Origin: Ignavibacteriota bacterium
GTDB taxonomy: Bacteria; Bacteroidota; Ignavibacteria; UBA10030; UBA6906
NCBI GenBank assembly: GCA_963801355.1
Contig: CAWDEM010000003.1
Location: forward strand, 1-10,940
Length of the DNA: 10,940 nucleotides
Direction: 5' to 3'
In this document: positions 1 through 8,178 of the stretch, one piece after another
How the letters are laid out: every line of letters begins with the position of its first letter
Position numbering within the stretch: the first letter of the stretch is position 1
Notes under the pieces: generated by a model
Databases searched by the model: none
Told to the model about the DNA's origin: nothing
What the model saw: the letters and a program-made list of their open reading frames with translations, nothing else
Translations under genes and position numbers: made by a program

Positions 1-1
1 T

Positions 2-2299
2 ACCGCCGAGTGTCAGACGGAATGCTTTTCTGCCTGTGTCAAAGCCCTTCTCGGTTCTCGCAAATGTCGAGAGTGGAACCATTCCGATCCCCTGCCGTGC
101 AAGCCCCGAACCGACCCAATCAAGCGACAGGCCTGCAGGGAGTTTGTCGATGATCATCAGGGGATACATGCTTCCTGTGGGGGGCTCGATGTGAATCCCG
201 AACGGATTTCTGTCGGCGGGAAGGTTGTGCAGTGCGGAGGTCAATGCCTCCATCCGTTCGTACAGGAGAGTGTTCCTCAGCCGCCAGTATGCGCGCGTTG
301 TCTCCAGGGAATTGCGATAGAAGAGATACGAGAGAAGAATCGCCCCTGTGTTCGGTCTTATTGAAGAAAGAATCGCGCAGAAGCGCTCACGAAGGGTTGC
401 ATCCCTGATCTCAACGACCGAGAGTCTTGCACCGGCCATACAATCGGTTTTGGACATCGAATGCACTGTTATAAGCCGGCTTGCCTGTCGTGAAGTCAGG
501 CCGCCCGTCGCGACCAGTTCATCCGCAATCTGACGCAATGTCGGGATTTCGGGCAGGTCAGCGACTGGCGCTACGTTCTGGTAGGAGAGATCGTCAATGA
601 CGGTGATCTCCTTCCCCAGCAACTTCCGCAAGAGCTCTTTGACGGTGGCAATATTGAAGACCCTGCCGGTGGCGTTGTGCGGGTTGTTCAGAACCACTGC
701 ACCATGGTTGCTCCATGATGCATCGCCGCGCAGGCGCTCCTCCACCGCATTCACAATGCCATCCCCGTCCAGATCCAGGTCCGGCGTAAGAGGTACGGCG
801 TATGTCGCCGGAAAGCAATGCTCATATGTCCAGCTCAGATCCGGCATCACCACATCGGTGATTCCACAATGGAAGCCCAGCAGACTCAACGCCGTTCGTG
901 CTGAGCCGCTCACCACAACGCAGCTGCGCAGGTCATACTCCGGGTGGTGACGGACAAATGCAGCAATCAACGACTGCTCCAGATCGGCATGCCACTGCGG
1001 ATCATCAACGTTAGCCGCCAGGGTGTTCACAAGTCCGCGCGGGTCATACTGCAGGAAGTGATCGAAGGGCAGGTCCGGCATGTGTGCCGGAACCCTTCCA
1101 GAATGCGGTTGACCCGTGCATCGAGTCCTGCCAAAGCAACGGTGAGCCGTTGCTCCGTGTGCCGCAAGCAGTGACTCGACTCTCCTTCCGATCTGTCCGC
1201 TTGCTCGCACAAGCGCTTGTTCCCCGCCTATGTTGAATGCCGGGGGTTCAAGAGGCGGCTCAACGGTGAGCGGTGTGCGATCCGGCACTGCGACTTCGTG
1301 GGGTGCATGATGATCCAGCAGGTACGTCAGCAGTTCCACTTCCGACGCGGAAGGGGTCCCCTTCAGCTGAAAATGCAGGGTCTCAAGCAGCTGGAGGTAC
1401 TCAGCATTTCCGGCGACAAAGACAATCGAGAGGGCGGCAAGCCGGGGCGAAAAGATACCCGGCGTAAGAAACCGGATCACGCGGTCAATCAGTCGGGCTT
1501 CACGGCCGAGAGAGAGGTGATTGGGCGCATCGTTCACTTCGACAAAGAAGATGGGCGACGCAAGGCTGAGCTGACGGAGTGACCGGCGCGTCTCCTCGTT
1601 CGTGATCGCGCCAAGGATAAGGAACAGCGGCCGGGATGGTGCTTCTGTTGCCGCCGCACGAACACGACTCAGGGCATCATGTTCATCATCCGGAAGTGTT
1701 TCGAACTCCAGACCGTTGAAAGACTTTACGTGCGGTGGGAGATCAACATGAAACAGCAGGACTTTTGCAGGCAATGTCGCAAGAAATGCCGAGAGCGCAT
1801 GGAAGAACACACGGAGTGTCTCGATGCGTCCCCCGGACGCGAGTATGATTTCGCGGCGTTCCGAGGCCTTGCCGGTGTCATACACAAGCGGCTCCTGTTG
1901 TTGCTGGAGCCAGTTGCTGAATGCCAGTACCAGCGGGGGCGGTGTTGCACGTGCAAAACCGCCGCGGGGAAGATATGGTGCACTCTTGCGGACCAGATTC
2001 ACAAACAGATCGAACAGAGGCCGGTCCGTGTCGGCCCAGTCCAACGCCTGCATCATTCTCTCGGGGAACTCATCCGTGAGCTCCTCATCACGTATGTCAA
2101 GTCCGGTGATCGCCCTGAGGTATGCTGAAGAGAGGCGTGTTTCCTGAACGGGGTTGCCGATGTGGAAATTCACACGGTCTTCAGGCGCGACGGCCGCGGC
2201 AGCCGTGGTCTCGCTGATCTCGGAGACCTTCGCAGCCCTTGTGGGTTTTAGGCGGAATGCTGTATGAAGAGCAGGGTAGTTGTGGCCATGGAACGTCAT
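2..2299 (-). CDS. Large PLP-dependent aminotransferase class I/II-fold protein with two tandem modules (partial, >766 aa, 3' end outside window)
   Basis: Manual translation finds no stop in this minus frame from 2323 down to the window edge; the first ATG is at 2299 (MTFHGHNYPALHTAFRLK...). The C-terminal module has VVLNNPHNATG (688-665), IDDLSY (595-581), HSMSKTDCMAGARL (Lys codon 449-451, about aa 617) and AFRLTL near the edge. The N-terminal module has RVNFHIGNP, APYLPRGG and EIILASGG. It is absent from the ORF track, probably because it has no stop in the window. Confidence 0.9.
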   Translation of the reverse strand, partial: MTFHGHNYPALHTAFRLKPTRAAKVSEISETTAAAAVAPEDRVNFHIGNPVQETRLSSAYLRAITGLDIRDEELTDEFPERMMQALDWADTDRPLFDLFVNLVRKSAPYLPRGGFARATPPPLVLAFSNWLQQQQEPLVYDTGKASERREIILASGGRIETLRVFFHALSAFLATLPAKVLLFHVDLPPHVKSFNGLEFETLPDDEHDALSRVRAAATEAPSRPLFLILGAITNEETRRSLRQLSLASPIFFVEVNDAPNHLSLGREARLIDRVIRFLTPGIFSPRLAALSIVFVAGNAEYLQLLETLHFQLKGTPSASEVELLTYLLDHHAPHEVAVPDRTPLTVEPPLEPPAFNIGGEQALVRASGQIGRRVESLLAAHGATAHRCFGRTRCTGQPHSGRVPAHMPDLPFDHFLQYDPRGLVNTLAANVDDPQWHADLEQSLIAAFVRHHPEYDLRSCVVVSGSARTALSLLGFHCGITDVVMPDLSWTYEHCFPATYAVPLTPDLDLDGDGIVNAVEERLRGDASWSNHGAVVLNNPHNATGRVFNIATVKELLRKLLGKEITVIDDLSYQNVAPVADLPEIPTLRQIADELVATGGLTSRQASRLITVHSMSKTDCMAGARLSVVEIRDATLRERFCAILSSIRPNTGAILLSYLFYRNSLETTRAYWRLRNTLLYERMEALTSALHNLPADRNPFGIHIEPPTGSMYPLMIIDKLPAGLSLDWVGSGLARQGIGMVPLSTFARTEKGFDTGRKAFRLTLGG

Positions 2300-3305
2300 G
2301 CGAGGCCCGGAGGGCGAATCGTCTCACCCGCAGCGCGGCTCCACTATCTTCTTCTCTTCGGTACGCCTCAATCGCACCCTGCACGAACGTGTGGAACATC
2401 GCCAGCAGATCAGTTCCCTGCATTGTTTCCCCCGGGGAGAGCGACACCACCGTGCGTGCGTTCTTCAGAGACTGGCTTGCCTCTGCGAGGCGTGCCGCCT
2501 GGGGTGTGAGCAGCAGAAGTTCGGGACTCTCCTTCAGCAGTCGCATTTCTTCCTTCTCAAACTCAAGCTGTTTCTTCTTCAGCTCAAGTTCATGTGTCGT
2601 CCGTGCTTCGGCCAGCATGGCGTCTTGTTCAAGTTCAGACTTCTTGAGATCGTAACGTTTCAATGCGAGTTCATGTTCGAGGAGTGCAACCTCTTCATCC
2701 GCCTTCACACGCGCCCTGGCTTCGGTGATGCGGGCTTGCTGGTTCAAGGTTTCCGTCTGCTCGAGAATCCTCGCATGCTCGCGTTGACGCATCGCTTCGG
2801 CAATCTGTGTGTTCACCGGCTCAAATGAAGTGATGGCAAGATTCACGATTTCCAGCCCGAGCGCGTTATTGATGTCTTTGAACCGTTGCTGGAGATGTAC
2901 ACGGAGCCCGTCCGACGATAGTTCTTCGATCCCTCTCGCTTCCGTATATTCTTTTACGTACCCCAGGAGGAGCGTCTCAAGTTCCTTGCCGGCTCTCGCG
3001 ACCGAGCCGGCTGTCCAGCCACCTGCGCGTACGAGGGAGGCGAGGTGGCTCATCGACGCAGCCACAGTCACGGCGATCTTGAAGCGCACATCCAGGTTTC
3101 CTTTCGCGGATCCCTCGATGGTTTGCGTAAACGAATGTGCGGTGCGCGTGATGGGAGTGCTGAAATGCCGGGGGTAGAAGCGTCCCTTCCGGACCCCGAC
3201 GCCGTCGTGTGTCTCATACACCACGATTTGATCGGGTTTGCGGAACCGGTACTCGAAGAGCACTGCCGCTATGATAAGCGCGCCAATGATCAGGGCGAAT
3301 TCCAT
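2181..3305 (-). CDS. SPFH/band 7 (flotillin-like) membrane protein; true stop probably TAG at 2344-2346
   Basis: N-terminal TM helix (FALIIGALIIAAVLF), band-7-like core (LGLEIVNLAITSFEP) and a long A/E/K/R-rich coiled coil. SD AGGAGG at 3314-3319. The tail after ...EAYRREE looks non-protein-like and overlaps the next gene by 119 nt, suggesting an indel in the GAA-repeat tract near 2350. Confidence 0.8.
   Translation of the reverse strand: MEFALIIGALIIAAVLFEYRFRKPDQIVVYETHDGVGVRKGRFYPRHFSTPITRTAHSFTQTIEGSAKGNLDVRFKIAVTVAASMSHLASLVRAGGWTAGSVARAGKELETLLLGYVKEYTEARGIEELSSDGLRVHLQQRFKDINNALGLEIVNLAITSFEPVNTQIAEAMRQREHARILEQTETLNQQARITEARARVKADEEVALLEHELALKRYDLKKSELEQDAMLAEARTTHELELKKKQLEFEKEEMRLLKESPELLLLTPQAARLAEASQSLKNARTVVSLSPGETMQGTDLLAMFHTFVQGAIEAYRREEDSGAALRVRRFALRASHDVPWPQLPCSSYSIPPKTHKGCEGLRDQRDHGCRGRRA
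2295..2325 (+). repeat. Degenerate copy of GTCATTGCGAG-type palindromic (REP-like) element
   Basis: GTCAT-GCGAGGCCCGGAGGGCGAATCGTCTC aligns with the 4104 copy (TGTCATTGCGAGGCCTGAAGGGCCAAGCAATCTC) and has an inner GCCC/GGGC stem. Its CAT is the predicted start codon at 2299. Confidence 0.6.
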
Positions 3306-3330
3306 GGGGTAATCCTCCTAGGGGAGCTAA

Positions 3331-3359
3331 ATTATAGCCGATCTGGCATCAAATCGCAA
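3331..3359 (-). promoter_or_regulatory. Sigma70-type promoter for the SPFH + aminotransferase unit
   Basis: Minus strand TTGCGA (3359-3354), 17-nt spacer, perfect TATAAT (3336-3331). Predicted TSS near 3324, just upstream of SD AGGAGG and ATG 3305. Confidence 0.7.
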
Positions 3360-3360
3360 C

Positions 3361-3416
3361 TGTCCTTGCGAGCGGCGCCTCGCGCAGTCCTCGCGAGGCG
3401 CCGACGAAGCAACCTC
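3361..3416 (+). repeat. REP-like palindromic element with an extended hairpin, just downstream of the UDG stop
   Basis: TGTCCTTGCGAG...GACGAAGCAACCTC ends enclose a perfect 12-bp inverted repeat CGGCGCCTCGCG (3373-3384) / CGCGAGGCGCCG (3392-3403) with a 7-nt loop. Confidence 0.8.
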
Positions 3417-3421
3417 ACCGG

Positions 3422-4109
3422 TCAAGATTGTACAACGATCCAAGCGCGCTTCGCAGCCTTGAAGATCCCATCAAACATCGGCCTTGTGAGCTTCCCTGTA
3501 AACGTGTTTTGCTGGCTCGGGTGGTATGAGGCAATGAACGTCAGATCGCCGAAAACGTACCTGGCGCCGTGGGCAAATCGCGGCATGGAGGAGATGGTAA
3601 TCCGGCCGGCCTCGCTGTAGGCTCTGATCGCCGCCTCGAATCCTACTTTCCCGAGGCCAACGACAACCCTGACGTTTTCTAGGAGGGCCAGTTCCTGGAG
3701 AAGAAATGGGCGGCACGATGAAATTTCAGCCGCGGTAGGTTTGTTCTGGGGAGGGGCACAACGGAGTGTTGCGGTGATGTAGCAATCCTTCAACCGGAGT
3801 CCGTCTTCGCGGTGCACGGACTCCGGTTGATTGGCAAAACCTGCATGGTGGAGAGCACGGAAGAGCCAGTTGCCGCTCTCGTCGCCGGTAAACATCCGTC
3901 CGGTGCGGTTTCCTCCGTGGGCCGCAGGAGCCAGGCCCACGAGAAGCAACCACGCGTCGGGATCACCGAAGCCCGTGAGCGGTTTCCCCCAGTACTCTTC
4001 GCGGTCAAAGCGGCGCACCTTCTCTGCCGCGGTCGACTCGCGCCATGCAACGAGCCGGGGGCAGAGACGACACGGCAATGCGGGTATTCAGCCTGTTGAG
4101 TTCTGTCAT
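3422..4109 (-). CDS. udgB: Uracil-DNA glycosylase family 5 (UdgB type, 4Fe-4S)
   Basis: Motifs CRLCPRLVAWRE, GLAPAAHGGNRTGRMFTGD, RCAPPQNKP...C and YHPSQQNT. The track ORF starts at TTG 4078; the likely real start is ATG 4109 (MTELNRLNTRIA) joined by a frame break near 4072. Confidence 0.92.
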
Positions 4110-4155
4110 TGCGAGGCCTGAAGGGCCAAGCAATCTCCTCTAATTGTCATGCGAG
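4104..4155 (+). repeat. REP-like palindromic element (4104-4137) plus a partial copy (4145-4155)
   Basis: TGTCATTGCGAGGCCTGAAGGGCCAAGCAATCTC has an outer ATTGC/GCAAT stem and an inner GGCC/GGCC stem. It is followed by TGTCATGCGAG. Confidence 0.8.
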
Positions 4156-4170
4156 TCGCAGGTCAGACGA

Positions 4171-5686
4171 TCAGTTCACACTTCGTCTCGGTGCTTTGCC
4201 CAGCACATCGTCAACGGTAAGGTTCTTCAGCGGCCCCAGCTTCATTGCCGCGACTTTCGACTCAATCTCCTTCCTGTCTCCAACGAGCACGACCGCCATC
4301 TTTTCAGGATTCAAATACTTCTTCGCCACCCGTTCCACATCCGCTTTCGTTACAGCCAGGACATTCTTGATGTAGTTGTTGTAGTAGTCATCAGGAAGTC
4401 CGTAGATCATCATCTCTTCGATCTTCCCGGCAATCTCGCCGACCGTCTGAAAATCGGCCGGGAAACCGAGGGCCACATAGTTCTTCGCGCGGTCCACTTC
4501 TTCCTGAGGGATCGGTTGGAGGATCCTGTTGAGTTCCTTCATGAACTCCATTAGTGCGGAGTCAGTCTTTGCCGTGTGTACGGAGGATCCGGCGACGAAC
4601 GGACCCGCCAGCTTGCGGAAACCGAACGAAGAGCTGGCACCGTAAGTGTAGCCATGTTCTTCGCGGAGGTTCTGGTTCAACCGGGAGCTGAACGAACCGC
4701 CGAGGATCGTATTCATCACGACAATCGCATAGTAGTCATCCGTCATGCGGGGAGCACCGATGCACCCCATTCTGATCTCCGTTTGGGCTGCTCCCGGCTT
4801 GTCCACAAGCGCCACTGTCCGTTTCTGCACCTGTGCGATAGCAGGAAGGGACGGCTGGGGCACCGTTCCTTTTTGCCATCCGCCATATGCCGCCTCGAGC
4901 TTGGGCTTCATCATCGACACCGTGACATCACCCACGATCACAAGAACAGCATTATTGGGCCGGTAATACGTTTCGTGGAACTTACGCAGATCCTCTACAC
5001 TCAGGGCGCGGATTGCCTTTTCATCGCCAATGGCGGTGCGTCCGTACGGGTGATCCAGTGAATAGAGCGTGCGGGAGAAGAGCGCTGACGCCTGGGCACG
5101 CGCTTCATCGCGCCAGGAGAGGAGTGTTGTGAGGCGTTCCTTGCGGTGCCGTTCCAGCTCGGCAGATGCAAATGTCGGCCGCAGAGCAGCATCGGCTTGC
5201 AGGGCAAGCGCCGAGTCGAGCTTGGAGACCGGCGTATACAGACTCACCGATGATGTATGCAGCCCGGCAGATCCGTGAAGTGATGCGCCGAGGTAATCCA
5301 CCGCATCGGCGAAAGCAAGGGCATCCCGTGATCCCGAGCCGTCGGTGAGCATGGTTGCCACCATTGATGCCAAACCGGTCTTTCCTGCGGGGTCATTCAC
5401 CGCGCCGGAATTTATCACAAGGTTCATCTGCACGAGCGGAACCTGGTGTTTCTCGAGCAACACGACCGGCAGACCGTTCGACAGGGTGAAGTGCTGAACC
5501 GGCGCCATTGAGAACGAAGGCGGCGGGCCGACGGGTGGTGGTGCCGAGCGATCGGGTTTCTGAGCTAAGGCCTGCAGCCGCAAGCAGCAGTGCGACATGC
5601 CAGGAGAGAGCACAATCACCACGCCCTGCTGTCATTGCGAGTGCGCCGAAGGCGCCTCATCGCAAACTCATCGTTGATCTCATCAT
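4171..5686 (-). CDS. Peptidase M16B family, catalytically inactive partner subunit (probably exported)
   Basis: KPDRSAPPP, LSNGLPV and DPAGKTGLASMVATML (HxxEH absent); LGGSFSSRLNQNLREEHGYTYG carries the conserved R/Y pair. The track ORF is 4171-5622. The start is uncertain (ATG 5686 with SD AAGGAGG, or ATG 5635), and a signal-peptide-like VALLLAAA is in another frame. Confidence 0.88.
5630..5669 (+). repeat. REP-like palindromic element in the 5' end of the second M16 gene
   Basis: TGTCATTGCGAGTGCGCCGAAGGCGCCTCATCGCAAACTC has an inner GCGCC-GAA-GGCGC stem and an outer TTGCGA/TCGCAA stem. Confidence 0.75.
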
Positions 5687-7055
5687 CACTTCCCCTCCTT
5701 TCCCGGCATTGCGGCGAGTTCTTTCTTCCCTTGCGGAACGATGCTCAGCACAACCCGGTTATTGTCGCGCTAAATACGTTGCCGCCGCTGTTTGAATGTC
5801 GCCGGGATCAAGTGCCTTGTAGCGCGAAAAGTCTTCCTGAAAGTAGTCAGGATTGCCGGTCTGTGTGAAATATCCGTTCAGCAGATCCACTTTTCCGCCG
5901 AAGCCGCCGACTGATTCAAGCCGTCCGAGGAACGACGCCTCGTACTGATTCACGGCGCGGTCAAGTTCTCTCTTCTCCGGTGCGGCAGACTGGAGTGTGT
6001 GCAACTCCTCCTGGATCACCTTTTCCAGTTCACTCAGCGTATGGCCTGCCCGCGCCGTGGCTACGATCTGAAACGAAGACCCGAGCTGGCGGGATCCCTG
6101 ATACGCGTAGACATCCTGGGCAATCTGTAGATCGTACACCAGGCGTTTGTAGAGCCGTGAGTTCTTTCCGTTGGCAAGCACACTTGCCACCATATCCAGT
6201 TCCGCATCCCCCGGTGTAAAGAGTGCCGGGGAAAGCCAGGCCATATAGAGGCGAGGCAGGGAGACTCGGTCTTCAAGGACGACACGTTTTTCCCGGTCGA
6301 TGAAAGCAACGGGTGCGTCCGGGGGCGGCGACCGGGGGACCTGAAGGTATCTCGCCGAACCATTTTTCAACAAGTGCACGGGTCTTCACCGGGTCAATAT
6401 CACCCCCGATGCAGAGGCTCGCATTATTCGGACCGTAGTACTTCTTGAAGAAATCCACCACGTCTTCATAGCTTGCCGCGCTGAGATCCTCCATCGAGCC
6501 AATAGTTGGCCAGTGGTACGGATGATCCGGTGGGTAGAGATTTTCCCCGAGAGTCAGTTCGGCCATTCCGTACGGACGGTTCTCGTACGATTGTCGTCTC
6601 TCGTTTTTCACGACGTCCCGCTGCCCGTCGACTTTTGAAGGAGACATCGCCTGCACCAGATACCCCATCCGGTCCGAGTCGAGAAAGAGCGGCAGTTCCA
6701 GCGCGTTGCTGGGGACATTCTCCCAGTAGTTCGTGCGGTCGGAGTTGGTCGAGCCGTTGTTGTCCCCGCCAACCTGTTCCAGCCACTGATCGAATTTCCC
6801 TTCCGGCACGTGGGCTGAGCCTTCGAACATCAGATGTTCAAAGAGGTGGGCAAAACCTGTCCGTCCGGGTTTTTCGCGTCCCGAGCCGACATGGTAATAG
6901 ACATTCACGCTGACGATGGGCGTGGAATGATCCTCATGGAGGATCACCGTAAGCCCGTTGGAAAGAGTAAATCGCTGATATGGCACCGAAATCCTCGTGT
7001 CGGCTGCCGTTGCAACGGCGGCACAGAGGAAAAGCGCCAGCAGAGCGCGTTTCAT
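5686..7055 (-). CDS. Peptidase M16B family zinc protease, active subunit (about 455 aa after repairing two frame breaks)
   Basis: Signal peptide MKRALLALFLCAAVATAA, inverted zinc motif HLFEH and distal VVKNERR. ORFs 6273-7055 and 5759-6379 join at the G5 run 6321-6325 (PPVAAP|DAPVAFIDREKRVV). A second break near 5770 restores YLRDNNRVVLSIVPQGKKELAAMPGKEGK* with TGA at 5686-5688. Confidence 0.92.
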
Positions 7056-7235
7056 GCGGGGTCCTTTGATCTGTTGTCCTGAATTTGTATTGCGTGTTGA
7101 AACAAAGACTGATCATCTATATACGAAATTTCCGGCAATCAGGTTCCAGAAAAATCTTCGGAATGGGTCGAAAAAAACGATTGTGGAAGGTAGTAACTGG
7201 GTGAAGGCGTCACCCACCACCCCCAGGAGGCCACC

Positions 7236-8045
7236 ATGGACCCCGACCAAAACCGCATACAGCGGGCGTTGAATGAACAGAAGAAGAACGAACTTGAGAA
7301 ACTCTACGGAGCGCGGTTTTCTGACACTCCTAACGGTATTCCACCCGAGGCCGAAGGCGAATGGCTTGACTACGTCACCGAGTTTGAACGGCAATTCGCC
7401 GAAAATGGACAGATTACCGTAAGGGAATTTGTGGGCAGTCCGGAACTCCGTCCGCTCGCAGCCATTCCTCCGGAAGAACTCCCGGCTGCCACGGAAGCCC
7501 TCATGGAACTCCTGTTCGACAATAACATCCAGGTGCATTTTGACCGGGAGGTGAGCGATGCGGAGGTCTACCGTTTTGTTACCGAGGAGTTGTTCCGCGA
7601 GAAAATGGACAACATCCGCATCGAGCAGATGATGCACACGTTTGTCTACGATCAATTCCATCCTGATGAGGCTTCGCGTGTGCGGCGTGATGCGGAGTTC
7701 TTTCTCAACGCACTCTTCTTCCGCGACCGCCGCATGATATGGCAGATGCTCAGCAAGAAAGAGGTAAAGGATTTCGCAGGAAAGAAGTGCCCCGCTGAGC
7801 TGTTCATGCTCACACTCAACGAGATCTACAGAAAGGTTGAATCCTTCACGTCGCACCTGATGGAAGTGACCTCCTGCGACGTGGATATGCCTCGCGCAGA
7901 GGTTACTGCTTCATTGACATGGGCTGGGATTGCTGCGGATACAAAGAAGCCGGTTGGCGGTTCAGGCACCGCTTCCGTGCAATTTGTGCAGAGTCCGGCG
8001 GGTGGATGGGATGTGGTGGGGGTGACGGTACCGGGGTGGAGGTAG
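7236..8045 (+). CDS. Hypothetical protein, acidic, 269 aa
   Basis: Intact ORF with SD AGGAGG about 5 nt upstream and protein-like composition. It fills the gap between divergent and convergent neighbours. I recognise no functional motif. Confidence 0.85.
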   Translation: MDPDQNRIQRALNEQKKNELEKLYGARFSDTPNGIPPEAEGEWLDYVTEFERQFAENGQITVREFVGSPELRPLAAIPPEELPAATEALMELLFDNNIQVHFDREVSDAEVYRFVTEELFREKMDNIRIEQMMHTFVYDQFHPDEASRVRRDAEFFLNALFFRDRRMIWQMLSKKEVKDFAGKKCPAELFMLTLNEIYRKVESFTSHLMEVTSCDVDMPRAEVTASLTWAGIAADTKKPVGGSGTASVQFVQSPAGGWDVVGVTVPGWR

Positions 8046-8058
8046 AAGGGAAAGCCCC

Positions 8059-8178
8059 GGGCATTGGGAAAGAGGCACGAGGCACCGGTCTTGAGAAAGA
8101 GGCTGAGGCACCGGGCAATAGGGAAGGAGCTATATCAATCGTGCCCCTTTCCTCGTGCCTGGTGCCTCAATGCCTCAG
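8059..8178. repeat. Degenerate heptamer tandem repeats arranged as inverted arms; probable hairpin or terminator between convergent genes
   Basis: GAGGCAC at 8072, 8079 and 8105 (variants GGGCATT, GAGGCT, GGGCAAT) face GTGCCCC 8141, GTGCCTG 8155, GTGCCTC 8162 and ATGCCTC 8170. 8104-8127 can pair with about 8146-8169. Confidence 0.75.

Noticed and set aside
348-2147. Numerous short ORFs in the track over the left 2 kb
   Set aside because: All overlap the long minus-strand aminotransferase frame, which carries recognisable motifs.
5640-5659. In-frame UGA followed directly by a GCGCC/GGCGC hairpin (SECIS-like, selenocysteine)
   Set aside because: It lies in a signal-peptide or repeat region with no Cys-equivalent catalytic position, and the hairpin is explained by the repeat family.
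6315-6330. Programmed frameshift in the M16 gene
   Set aside because: There is no canonical slippery heptamer, it is a simple G5 run, and similar breaks occur throughout the window.
7056-7235. Divergent promoters in the AT-richer spacer
   Set aside because: Promoters are probably present, but I found no convincing -35/-10 pair on either strand.
7113-7856. 247-aa minus-strand ORF
   Set aside because: It is the antisense shadow of 7236-8045, which has the strong SD and more protein-like composition.
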